From positions 1-31,775 of the forward strand of contig JBDGUI010000023.1 in the NCBI GenBank assembly GCA_042216015.1: a DNA stretch of 31,775 bases. Direction: 5' to 3'. A program made the translations under genes and the position numbers. The notes beneath the pieces are model-generated. The model did not search any database, was not told where the DNA came from, and was given only the letters and a program-made list of their open reading frames with translations. This document shows, in pieces, positions 14,550-23,041 of this stretch. The DNA comes from Halodesulfurarchaeum sp. GTDB lineage: Archaea; Halobacteriota; Halobacteria; Halobacteriales; Halobacteriaceae. Numbering within the stretch: the stretch's first letter is position 1; each line of letters begins with the position of its first letter.

Positions 14550-16159
14550 CAGATCACCACCCCCGTCGCGCCGGTCACGACCTGCTGGATGAGTTCGAGG
14601 AAGATCGCCCCGGCCGGATCGATTCCGAGCACGACCGCACCGGCGACGGCGACCACGATGGGACCGAGCATGAACCAGGAACTCTCTTCACCAAACCCAC
14701 GCTTCTCCCAGCCGCCGGGTGGCGGACCGCCGTGATGATCACCCGCCTTCTCCTGCGTCGAACCGCCGTCGGCCCGACTCGTCGAACCGCCGAGCTTGAA
14801 CTCCACGAGTGGCTTCTCGTCGGCATCGTCGGGAGACTGGAAAAACGCCTGGTAGACGATCGGCCAGAAGTAGGCGATGTTCAGCAGGCCGGAAGCGAGC
14901 AACACGACGACGAACACCGGCTGACCGGCGTCGAGGCTGCCAACGAGGAGGTACCATTTGCTGACGAACCCGGCGACGAGTGGCAACCCGGCCATTCCGA
15001 CGCTCGCGAGAGCGAAGGCCGCCATCGTGAGGGGCATGCGCCGCCCGATCCCGGCCATGTCGCTGATGTCGTCGGTGTGGGTCTCGACGTGGATCGCCCC
15101 GGCGGCGAAGAACAGCGTGAGTTTCATGAACCCGTGGGCAGGGATGTGGAGCAACCCGCCGACGAGCGCCGCGGGGGAAAGCAAGCCGAGCCCGAGGACG
15201 ATGTAGGAGAGCTGGCTGATGGTCGAGTACGCGAGCCGCCGCTTGAGGTTGTCCTGGCGCAGGGCGATCACGCTCGCCACGATGATCGTGAATCCGGCCG
15301 CGACGGCGAGCGGGAGACCGAGCCCGAGTTCGGCCATTCGCTCCGGGCCGTAGACGTCGATCACGACCCTGGCGATCGCGAAGACGCCGCTCTTGACGAC
15401 CGCGACCGCGTGGAGCAGCCCGGAAACCGGCGTCGGGGCGACCATCGCGTCGGGGAGCCAGGAGTGAATCGGCATGACTGCCGCCTTCACGCCGAAGCCG
15501 ACGGCCAGAAGCGCGAATGCGACCTGTCCGATCAGGGGATCGGTCCCGACGAGTTCTGCTATGCCGCCCCGAGAGAAGGTCACCGTTCCCGCAGCCACGT
15601 AGATCAGTGCGGTCCCGGCGAGGGCTGCGACGCCACCACCGAACGTGTACGCCAGGTACTTGCGACCCGCGATCCGGGCCTCCTCGGTTTCATCGTGCGT
15701 GACCAGGGGATACGTCGCGACGGTCAACAGCTCGTAGAACACGTAGAGGACGATCAGGTTCGCCGCGAAGGCGACGCCGACGGCCGAGGCGATGCTCCCG
15801 GCGAAGGCCGCATAGTAGCGCGTCTGGGAGTGCTCCTCGAGCCCCCGCATATACCCGATGCTGTAGAAACTCGTGATCACCCAGAGGAAACTCGCGAGCA
15901 GGCCGAAGATCATCCCGAGCGCGTCAGCCCGAAGCACGAAGGGGACACCCGGCACGAACGTGCCGAGAGCGGTCGTCGGCACGTCACCGGCCAAGACGGA
16001 CGGAACCATGGCGGCGACGGTCACCAGGGTGAGCAGCGCGGTGGCGATCGTGATCGATTCGCGAAGGTTCGGCGACTGGCGCGTCGCGACGATCCCGAAG
16101 ACGCCGAGAATCGGGATGCCGACGGCCACCAGGGGAAGGAGCGAACCAACGTCGGTCAT
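14549..16159 (-). CDS. Mrp/Pha antiporter subunit D-like (second paralog)
   Basis: FYELLT, HSWLPDAMVAPTPVSGLLHAVAVVKSG, LKRRLAYSTISQLSYI, HGFMKLTLF. Confidence 0.9.
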   Translation of the reverse strand: MTDVGSLLPLVAVGIPILGVFGIVATRQSPNLRESITIATALLTLVTVAAMVPSVLAGDVPTTALGTFVPGVPFVLRADALGMIFGLLASFLWVITSFYSIGYMRGLEEHSQTRYYAAFAGSIASAVGVAFAANLIVLYVFYELLTVATYPLVTHDETEEARIAGRKYLAYTFGGGVAALAGTALIYVAAGTVTFSRGGIAELVGTDPLIGQVAFALLAVGFGVKAAVMPIHSWLPDAMVAPTPVSGLLHAVAVVKSGVFAIARVVIDVYGPERMAELGLGLPLAVAAGFTIIVASVIALRQDNLKRRLAYSTISQLSYIVLGLGLLSPAALVGGLLHIPAHGFMKLTLFFAAGAIHVETHTDDISDMAGIGRRMPLTMAAFALASVGMAGLPLVAGFVSKWYLLVGSLDAGQPVFVVVLLASGLLNIAYFWPIVYQAFFQSPDDADEKPLVEFKLGGSTSRADGGSTQEKAGDHHGGPPPGGWEKRGFGEESSWFMLGPIVVAVAGAVVLGIDPAGAIFLELIQQVVTGATGVVI

Positions 16160-17631
16160 GCGAAGTACACCTCCAGGACCGGCTCGAAAATCGAAATCAG
16201 GTCGGCCGCCCAGATGCCGAGTGCGAGGGCGAGGAGGGCAGCGAGGACCACGATCGCCCGGCTCGTGACCTCGACTCCCTGCCTTTTGCCCCCGTCAGTC
16301 GAAACCGGTTCGGTGTGCTCGACGCCCGTGAAGTACATGCGCTCGAGCAGACGCCCGAAGTATCCCAGTGTGAGCAACGAACTCGCCACGACGATCGCGG
16401 CGAGGAGCCATTGATCCGCGTAGATCGCTCCCATCAGAATGTTCCACTTCCCGGGGAACCCGACTGCCGGGGGAACCCCGACCATGGAGAACGCGAGCAC
16501 CGCGAAGGCGGCACTCGTGATGGGCAACCGACTGGCGATTCCCTCGAGGTCGTCGATCGTGCGCACGCCCGCCCCCGCAGCGAATACGCCGACAGCGACG
16601 AAGAGGCCGGCCTTCATCACGCCGTGACCGACCAGATGAACCAGCGCGCCGGTGACGGCGGTGTGATTGCCGATGGCCAACCCGACCACGACGAGCCCGA
16701 AATGCGAGACCGAGGAATACGCCAGCATCCGCTTCAGATCCCGCTGCATCACCGCGAGCACCGCACCGGCGATCACGCTCGTCCCGGCGACAAGCAGAAG
16801 CCCAGTCCGGGCAATGGGGACCGCCTCGAAGAAGTTTACGGTGAACACTCCGTACAGGATTCGAAAGAGGGCGTAGGCAGCGGCCGTCGAGACGAGCGCG
16901 GCGATGTGCGCGCTGACGGCATGGGGCGACTCGGCGTAGGCGTCCGGCTGCCAGGTGTGGAGTGGGAACAGCGCAATCTTGACGCTCAACCCCACGACGA
17001 TCAGGGCGAACCCGGCGAGGATCAGCGGCGAGGTGTACCCGACCGCCGGAATTTCGACCGCCAGATCGGCCATGTTGAGCGTCCCGGTGGCCACCAGCAG
17101 GTAGCCCACGCCCAGCAGGTAAAACGACGCACCGATGGTCCCCACGACGAGATACTTCAGACTCGCGTATGCCGCCTCCGGCGACGGATCGCTCGCGACC
17201 AGTGCGTAGGTCGCGAGACCGGTGATCTCGAGGAACACGTAGAGATTGAACACGTCGCCCGTGGCGATAAGTCCGGACAGGCCGGCGGTGAGAAAGGCGA
17301 GTTCACCATAGAAGGTGTCGGATCTGGGGCCGGCGTGGAGCGAATAGACGACGATGGCCAGGGTCGTCCCGGCGACGAGCACGAGCAGCGGGGCGGAGAC
17401 GCCGTCGCCCACCAGTTCGATGCCGAATGGAGGCACGTATCCGGCGACCTCGTAGGAGAACCGACCCGATTCGAGCACCTTCCCGAGGACGACGAGCGAC
17501 AGCGCCACCTGGAGGAGCGCCATCGCGGATGCGGTGAACCGGCCGCTTCCACTCCGAAACAGACCGATCGCCACCGGGAGAATCCCGAAGACGATGGGCG
17601 AGACGATCAGGAGCACGAGTGCGTCAGTCAT
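16156..17631 (-). CDS. mrpD: Mrp/Pha antiporter subunit D
   Basis: GDVFNLYVFLEI, GTLNMADL, KIALFPLHTWQPDAY, LKRMLAYSSVSHFG; start MTDAL at 17631. Confidence 0.9.
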   Translation of the reverse strand: MTDALVLLIVSPIVFGILPVAIGLFRSGSGRFTASAMALLQVALSLVVLGKVLESGRFSYEVAGYVPPFGIELVGDGVSAPLLVLVAGTTLAIVVYSLHAGPRSDTFYGELAFLTAGLSGLIATGDVFNLYVFLEITGLATYALVASDPSPEAAYASLKYLVVGTIGASFYLLGVGYLLVATGTLNMADLAVEIPAVGYTSPLILAGFALIVVGLSVKIALFPLHTWQPDAYAESPHAVSAHIAALVSTAAAYALFRILYGVFTVNFFEAVPIARTGLLLVAGTSVIAGAVLAVMQRDLKRMLAYSSVSHFGLVVVGLAIGNHTAVTGALVHLVGHGVMKAGLFVAVGVFAAGAGVRTIDDLEGIASRLPITSAAFAVLAFSMVGVPPAVGFPGKWNILMGAIYADQWLLAAIVVASSLLTLGYFGRLLERMYFTGVEHTEPVSTDGGKRQGVEVTSRAIVVLAALLALALGIWAADLISIFEPVLEVYFA

Positions 17632-17983
17632 CGGTCCGCACCTCCCGAATGACCGACTCGTCGAGGGAGCCGTAGCCGTCGTATATTCGCACGATGAGTG
17701 CGAGCGCAACGGCCGTGAGACTCACCCCGACGACGATCGCGGTCAGGATCAACACCTGCGGGAGGGGGCTCACGTACGGTCCGGGCCCATGGGTCCCGAT
17801 CGGCGGCTCACCGCCTTCGACGAATCCGCTCCCGATGAAGAACAGAAAGATCCCCACCTGGAAGACGTTGAGTCCCACGACTTTCTTCACGAGGTTCGGG
17901 CTCGCGATCACCCCGTACAGCCCCACCGAGAGCACGACCATCGCGGCGACGTGGATGTAGTGGCTGGCCAACAGGTCGATCAC
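17624..17983 (-). CDS. mrpC: Mrp antiporter subunit C
   Basis: NLVKKVVGL, PLPQVLILTAIVVG. Confidence 0.92.
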   Translation of the reverse strand: MIDLLASHYIHVAAMVVLSVGLYGVIASPNLVKKVVGLNVFQVGIFLFFIGSGFVEGGEPPIGTHGPGPYVSPLPQVLILTAIVVGVSLTAVALALIVRIYDGYGSLDESVIREVRTDD

Positions 17984-18444
17984 GCCTGCTCACCCCCCGT
18001 CTCCTCCGACCATTCGTAGCCGGCAGACAGACTCATGAACAGCGAGAGGATGACGCCGAAGACGATGGCCCCGATTCCGAGTTCCACGAGTTCGATCGCG
18101 TACTTGGGTCCGTGGTGAAACGTGTACATGTCGTATTCGAGGAACACGCCGCCGAGTGCCAACGGTATCAGGCCAATCGAGACGAAGGTGGCCCCGCCGG
18201 CGACGATCAACACCCTGGCGGGCCGGTCGGCGAGCCACTCCCGAGTCGGCTCGATGCCGAAGGCAAACGCGACGAGGATCAGACTCGCCGCGAGAATTAC
18301 GCCACCCTGGAAACCGCCGCCGGCCGACGCCGAACCGTGGAACATGATGTAGAGGCCGTAGGTGAAAACGAACGGGCTGATCACTCGCACCGTCGTCATG
18401 ATGATCGTGCTCTCGACGTAGGTCGGCGCACGCGATTCGCTCAT
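17980..18444 (-). CDS. mrpB: Mrp antiporter subunit B (MnhB domain)
   Basis: HGSASAGGGFQGG motif; real start MSESRAP at 18444 (the upstream part of the 424-aa track ORF is spurious). Confidence 0.88.
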   Translation of the reverse strand: MSESRAPTYVESTIIMTTVRVISPFVFTYGLYIMFHGSASAGGGFQGGVILAASLILVAFAFGIEPTREWLADRPARVLIVAGGATFVSIGLIPLALGGVFLEYDMYTFHHGPKYAIELVELGIGAIVFGVILSLFMSLSAGYEWSEETGGEQA

Positions 18445-18983
18445 ACGTACACCTCCCGTCTGAGGACCAGCGCGACCGCCGTCCCGGCCGCGATCACGAC
18501 CGTCGCCTCGCCGAGCGTGTCGAATCCACGGTAAGCGGCAAGCACGGCGGTGACGACGTTTTCCACCCCGGTCTGGGCCGTGGCCATCTCGAGGTAGTAC
18601 CTGGTCACTTCGCCGGCGACGATCGGCGAATCGGGGGACCCGACTGGCGGAATCGACGGGAGCGTCAACGCCATGCCACCGAAGAACACGGTGACGAGGG
18701 CGAGCGGCCCCCAGCGAATGCGCTCGAAGTCGTCGTCGCCGGGTGGTCGGACCGTCTTGACGATGGTGACGAGAAAGAGAATCGTCGTCACACCGGCCCC
18801 GACCGCGGCCTCGGTGAGTGCCACGTCCGGTGCCCTGAGGAGCACGTAGACCACCGCCGCGCCGAAGCTGAACCCCGCAAGGGCGATGATCGCGCTCAGC
18901 ACGTCGCGCAATCCGACCGAGACGATGGCGGTCAGCACGACGAAGACGAGCAACGCGAGGAAGAGGGCAAACTGCACGGTCAC
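18441..18983 (-). CDS. Mrp antiporter subunit B1 / MrpA C-terminal-like (DUF4040)
   Basis: APDVALTEAAVGAG and NVVTAVLAAYRGFDTLGE motifs. Confidence 0.88.
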   Translation of the reverse strand: MTVQFALFLALLVFVVLTAIVSVGLRDVLSAIIALAGFSFGAAVVYVLLRAPDVALTEAAVGAGVTTILFLVTIVKTVRPPGDDDFERIRWGPLALVTVFFGGMALTLPSIPPVGSPDSPIVAGEVTRYYLEMATAQTGVENVVTAVLAAYRGFDTLGEATVVIAAGTAVALVLRREVYV

Positions 18984-19291
18984 TCACCCTCCTCCGTCGT
19001 CCACGGTTCGATTCCCTGGTCGTAGGCCGCCCGGGTGATCGCGTGGGCGGCCGTCGGATTCGTGAGGAACATGAATAACACGAGAAAGACCGTCTTGATC
19101 GTGTGGATCTCCAGTCCGAACACCAGTGCGACGCCGGTAAGCGAGAGCACCGTGCCGAGCGTGTCGCTCTTGGAAGTGGCGTGAGCACGGGAGTAGAGGT
19201 CCGGCAGCCGAATGATCCCGACGGTTGCGACGAACGTGAAGAACACGCCAGCACCGACGAGCGCCACGATCAACAGCTCGAGTGGCGTCAC
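18980..19291 (-). CDS. mrpG: Mrp antiporter subunit G
   Basis: GIIRLPDLYSRAHATSKSDTLG, LTNPTAAHAITRAA; GTG start at 19291. Confidence 0.9.
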   Translation of the reverse strand: MTPLELLIVALVGAGVFFTFVATVGIIRLPDLYSRAHATSKSDTLGTVLSLTGVALVFGLEIHTIKTVFLVLFMFLTNPTAAHAITRAAYDQGIEPWTTEEGE

Positions 19292-19563
19292 AGGACACCA
19301 CCTCGTTCGACGATGAACTTGGAGATGGCGATGCTCGTCAGGAAATTGAGCAACGCGTAGACGATGGCGATGTCCAGAAACGTCGGTCGGTCGAGGGCCG
19401 CAGCGAGGAGCGCCAGCACGACGACCGTGTTCGTGCCGACCGCGTTCATGGCGATAACTCGATCTTCCATCGTTGGCCCGACGGCCACGCGAAAGAGAAG
19501 AACGAGTGCGAATGTCACGATCAGGACGGCCGCCCCGAGGAGGACGTCGTCGAGCCCGATCAT
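19288..19563 (-). CDS. mrpF: Mrp antiporter subunit F
   Basis: GPTMEDRVIA, FLDIAIVYALLNF. Confidence 0.9.
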   Translation of the reverse strand: MIGLDDVLLGAAVLIVTFALVLLFRVAVGPTMEDRVIAMNAVGTNTVVVLALLAAALDRPTFLDIAIVYALLNFLTSIAISKFIVERGGVL

Positions 19564-20705
19564 CGCTGATCCCGCTCTGAGGCCTCCGGGACGGCAATTC
19601 GGTCCTGTTCGGTCAGTCTCCGCACGGCCTCCTGCAACCCGAGTCGTTCGATCTCCGGAATGATGTCCTCGAGTGCGTCTCGTTCGGCGGGCGAAGGAAG
19701 CGAGCGCCCTTTGCGGCCATAATACACGAATCGCACGCCGCGCTCCAGGCCGCCCCCGGCGAGTCCGTCTCTGGCCGACTTGGTCAGCGAGTGGATGTAG
19801 AGGCTGTCCCGGCGGACGTCGACCGTGAGCGTCCCCGGCGTGAGCGTGATGCTATTCGCCAGCGTCGTGACGGATACGTCCCCCCAGACCGCTGCCCGAT
19901 ATCGCTGCATCCCCGGATCGATCGGGAGATCGGGGTGAAGGGTGATGTAGGCGACGCTGAGGTTCGCCTTGGCGATCTCCCAGAGCAGGTACATTCCGTA
20001 GAGAAGCAGACGTCCGAATCGGAAGAGAAGCGTCGAGATCGACTGCCGACCGGTGACGGTGATGCCGGTGAAGATCCCGGCAACGAGAGCGGCCGAAATC
20101 GCCCCCGTGATCAGGTTGTAGACGCTCGCATTGCCGGAGACCAGCAGGTAGAACACGAATGACCCGCCGTAGACGAGTCCTGCCTTCGCCATCGTCGATC
20201 GCCTGGGAAGGGGTGAGCGCTGGGTCGGCCGAGTCACCGGCGCCTCCTCGACCGCCAGCCCTTCGACGGCAAGCGCGTTCTTCAGCGGTTCGATCATCGG
20301 CGCGGAGACGCCCGGTGCGTATTCCGGATCGAGAATCAGGCGCTCGAGGTCGTGGGACTCTGCATACTGGCGCACAACCGTGGCGTAATCGTCCGGCGAG
20401 AAGAGATATCGATCGCTGCCGACGGTGTCAGTGACGATCCGTATTCGATCGGCCTCCGGAACGTCCTCGAGATCCTCCCCCGCCCAGACCTCGATGCGAT
20501 CGAGGAGTTCCTGGGCGTCCTCCGGAACCGCCATGGCCCCCTCGATCGGTCGCCAGCGAATCGGATAGACGAAATGGACCGTCGTCCTCGTCCCCCGTTC
20601 CTCGGCTCTGTCCAGAGCCTCTCGAACGGCGTGGGCGACGGTGTTTCTGAACGTCTCGGATTCCCCGGCCGGAACCAGTACGTCCGTGGATGATGGTGGC
20701 ATCAC
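19560..20705 (-). CDS. mrpE: Mrp antiporter subunit E with an N-terminal soluble (USP-like) domain
   Basis: C-terminal WEIAKANLSVA and LANSITLTPGTLTVD; about 170-aa acidic N-terminal domain starting DVLVPAGESETFRNTV. Confidence 0.88.
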   Translation of the reverse strand: MMPPSSTDVLVPAGESETFRNTVAHAVREALDRAEERGTRTTVHFVYPIRWRPIEGAMAVPEDAQELLDRIEVWAGEDLEDVPEADRIRIVTDTVGSDRYLFSPDDYATVVRQYAESHDLERLILDPEYAPGVSAPMIEPLKNALAVEGLAVEEAPVTRPTQRSPLPRRSTMAKAGLVYGGSFVFYLLVSGNASVYNLITGAISAALVAGIFTGITVTGRQSISTLLFRFGRLLLYGMYLLWEIAKANLSVAYITLHPDLPIDPGMQRYRAAVWGDVSVTTLANSITLTPGTLTVDVRRDSLYIHSLTKSARDGLAGGGLERGVRFVYYGRKGRSLPSPAERDALEDIIPEIERLGLQEAVRRLTEQDRIAVPEASERDQR

Positions 20706-20922
20706 TCACCCCCTCCTCGCCCGCAACGACAATCGGTTCCATCGTTCGAGCATCGTCTTACCCTTCTCTTGCGAATGGGGAACAAAACCATTTCCGCTCT
20801 GCGGGCACAGTTGCCAATTTAGCTATAGAGCCCCTCAGGTGCCCCATATCACCGTTTAAACCGCGTCCGAGTGTGTTGCTGCGGCGCAATCACCCGGGAG
20901 AGGGGCGTCGAGAACCGCCACA

Positions 20923-20928
20923 TTTTAT
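20923..20928 (+). promoter_or_regulatory. Putative TATA box of the purine PRTase gene
   Basis: TTTTAT about 24 nt upstream of ATG 20952. Confidence 0.55.
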
Positions 20929-20951
20929 TCGCGACCGCGGGTACACACGAC

Positions 20952-21512
20952 ATGGATCAGCTCGAACGGTCACTTCTCTCCGCGCCGATCATCGAGAAGG
21001 GGGACTACCAGTACTTCGTCCACCCGATCAGCGACGGCGTTCCGATGCTTGAACCGGGACTGCTCCGAGAGATCGTGATCAAGATCATTCGGAAGGCTCA
21101 GCTCGAGGATGTCGATAAGATCGTCACCCCCGCGGCGATGGGCATCCACATCTCGACGGCGGTCTCCCTCATGACGGACATTCCCCTCGTCGTCATCAGA
21201 AAACGGCAGTACGGTCTCGACGGCGAGGTCGCGTTGACCCAGCAGACGGGATATTCCGAGGAGGAGATGTACATCAACGATGTCGAGGAGGGCGACCGCG
21301 TCCTGGTCCTCGACGACGTGCTCTCGACCGGCGGCACACTCAGGGCGATCATCGGAGCCCTCAAGCACATCGGTGCGGATGTCGTCGATACGGTTGCCGT
21401 CATCAAGAAGGCCGGACCGAACGAACTCGACGAGACCGATCACGACGTCAAGACGTTGATCACGGTCGAGGTCGAGGAGGGCGAAGTGGTCATCGTCGAG
21501 GAAGGGCACTGA
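20952..21512 (+). CDS. hpt: Archaeal purine (hypoxanthine/guanine) phosphoribosyltransferase-like protein
   Basis: [30 protein letters not shown] motif [13 protein letters not shown]. Confidence 0.85.
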   Translation: MDQLERSLLSAPIIEKGDYQYFVHPISDGVPMLEPGLLREIVIKIIRKAQLEDVDKIVTPAAMGIHISTAVSLMTDIPLVVIRKRQYGLDGEVALTQQTGYSEEEMYINDVEEGDRVLVLDDVLSTGGTLRAIIGALKHIGADVVDTVAVIKKAGPNELDETDHDVKTLITVEVEEGEVVIVEEGH

Positions 21513-21611
21513 GCCGGTCGGGTCAGCGATCCTCCATTCACTGTGGTCGATCGCTGTCCGTTTTGGGCGAATGTTGGTGGTCCCGCTACCCGCGAACGAA
21601 AAATCGGGCAC

Positions 21612-22088
21612 CTACCGGTGGACACGCCAGGTGAAGAGGCTCTCCGCGACGTAATTGATCGTCATGCCGGCCCCGATCCCGATGATATTGGCGATCGTCG
21701 GCCAGAAGTTCGTCCCCAAGATCACGAGTTCGATCCCGGTCCAGGACGTCAGCACGTAGAGCGTGAGGAAGGCCACGGCCAGTCCGCCGATCCTGACGAT
21801 ATGTGACTTGAGATATCTGTGGCCCATCGCCGAAAGCCCCGTCCCGCCCTCGCCCGAAAACGTCCACCGATCGTTCAGCAGGAACATGAGCGTGATCGAG
21901 GCCTCCGCCCCGACTGCCTTTGCCGGAAGCGGCGGAATCGTGATGATCCCTGTCAGCACAAACACGATGATCGTCTCGAGGGTCGCTCCGCTGATACCGA
22001 CCGAGACGAACTGCCCGATCCGGGCTCCCGAGACAATGGCCCGAAGCCGGACCTGAATCCCGACAGCGAGGTCGTCGAGCCCGATCAT
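21612..22088 (-). CDS. GtrA-family membrane protein (candidate lipid-P-sugar flippase)
   Basis: Four TM segments; QFVSVG, FLLNDRWTF, NYVAESLFTW. Confidence 0.85.
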   Translation of the reverse strand: MIGLDDLAVGIQVRLRAIVSGARIGQFVSVGISGATLETIIVFVLTGIITIPPLPAKAVGAEASITLMFLLNDRWTFSGEGGTGLSAMGHRYLKSHIVRIGGLAVAFLTLYVLTSWTGIELVILGTNFWPTIANIIGIGAGMTINYVAESLFTWRVHR

Positions 22089-22879
22089 CGCGAGCGCTCC
22101 ACGAGTGGGCGATCGTCCCGCGGGAACGACGGTTCTTCGGCAGAGCCTTCACCGGCGGACTCGGTCACGTCGACTCCCGCTCGACGCAACGTTCTGGCTC
22201 GTTTGCGAGCGGAGAATAGGGCCCCCAGTAGTTCCGGAATCGCCCGCGTGGTCGTGACCGTCGATTCGGGATGGTCCACCCAGATGATCGGCACTTCCTC
22301 GATATCGAAACCGAACGCGTCGGCCATCGCGATCACCTCGACGTCCCACGCGAAACCGGGTTCGTAGAGGTGCTCGCGGATGGTCTCCCAGGTCTCCCGG
22401 GTCATGGCTTTGGCACCACACTGGTAATCCCCCAGATCGACGGCGAGGAAGCGGCGAGCGATCCAGGCGAATGCGTCCCCGAGGTGTTGTCTGAGGACGG
22501 TCTGGTGGGAGCGCACCTCGGCCTCTGCATGGCGTCGTGATCCGACCGCCACGTCGGTCCCCCCATCTCGAACGGGCTCGATGACCGACCGGATCGATTC
22601 CGCCGGGGTGCTGCCGTCCGCGTCGGCGAAGGCGAAGACATCGGTGGAGAGGGCTTCGAATCCCGCCGTCACGGCGGCTCCCTTCCCCCGTCGGGTCGTG
22701 ACCGCATTGATCGTGGCCGAGGTTTCATCCAGCGCGTCGAGGGTGGCGGTCGTCGGCGAATCGAGTTCGACCCGGAGCGTCGCTGGCTCGAGTTCCCGCT
22801 CGAGCGCCTCGAGATAGTCCACGAGGACGGACACATCCGGTCGATAGGCCGGAACGACGATCCCGACGCTCCGCGTCAT
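22085..22879 (-). CDS. GT2 glycosyltransferase (dolichyl-phosphate glycosyltransferase-like)
   Basis: VVPAY, GKGAAV, DADGS, GSR, DYQCGAKA, FAWDVE; start MTRSV at 22879; 4-bp overlap with gtrA. Confidence 0.88.
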   Translation of the reverse strand: MTRSVGIVVPAYRPDVSVLVDYLEALERELEPATLRVELDSPTTATLDALDETSATINAVTTRRGKGAAVTAGFEALSTDVFAFADADGSTPAESIRSVIEPVRDGGTDVAVGSRRHAEAEVRSHQTVLRQHLGDAFAWIARRFLAVDLGDYQCGAKAMTRETWETIREHLYEPGFAWDVEVIAMADAFGFDIEEVPIIWVDHPESTVTTTRAIPELLGALFSARKRARTLRRAGVDVTESAGEGSAEEPSFPRDDRPLVERSR

Positions 22880-23041
22880 TTCCCGGAACTCTTCCACACA
22901 TCGAGTAAAAGCATTCGATACCGAGTTCGTCGGGACAACAGTCGAGGACAATTCGCCGGACCCGTCAATCAGTGAGGTGGGGAACCCATTCGCCGATCCG
23001 GTCCACAAGGTGTATAGGGGAATCCGGAAGAAAGCACTCCT

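Noticed and set aside
14732..17652. Long plus-strand ORFs (560 aa, 445 aa) and similar ones at 967-2139, 13545-14537 and 28180-29211
   Set aside because: Antisense shadows of well-supported genes in high-GC DNA; Arg/Gly/His-rich with no recognisable motifs.
17980..19597. Apparent 424-aa and 205-aa extended Mrp ORFs suggesting fusions or programmed frameshifts
   Set aside because: Each real subunit has its own start overlapping the previous stop; the extensions are out-of-frame read-through of neighbouring genes.
20706..20951. 246-bp intergenic region as a possible tRNA/ncRNA
   Set aside because: No cloverleaf or convincing hairpin seen; adequately explained by divergent promoters.
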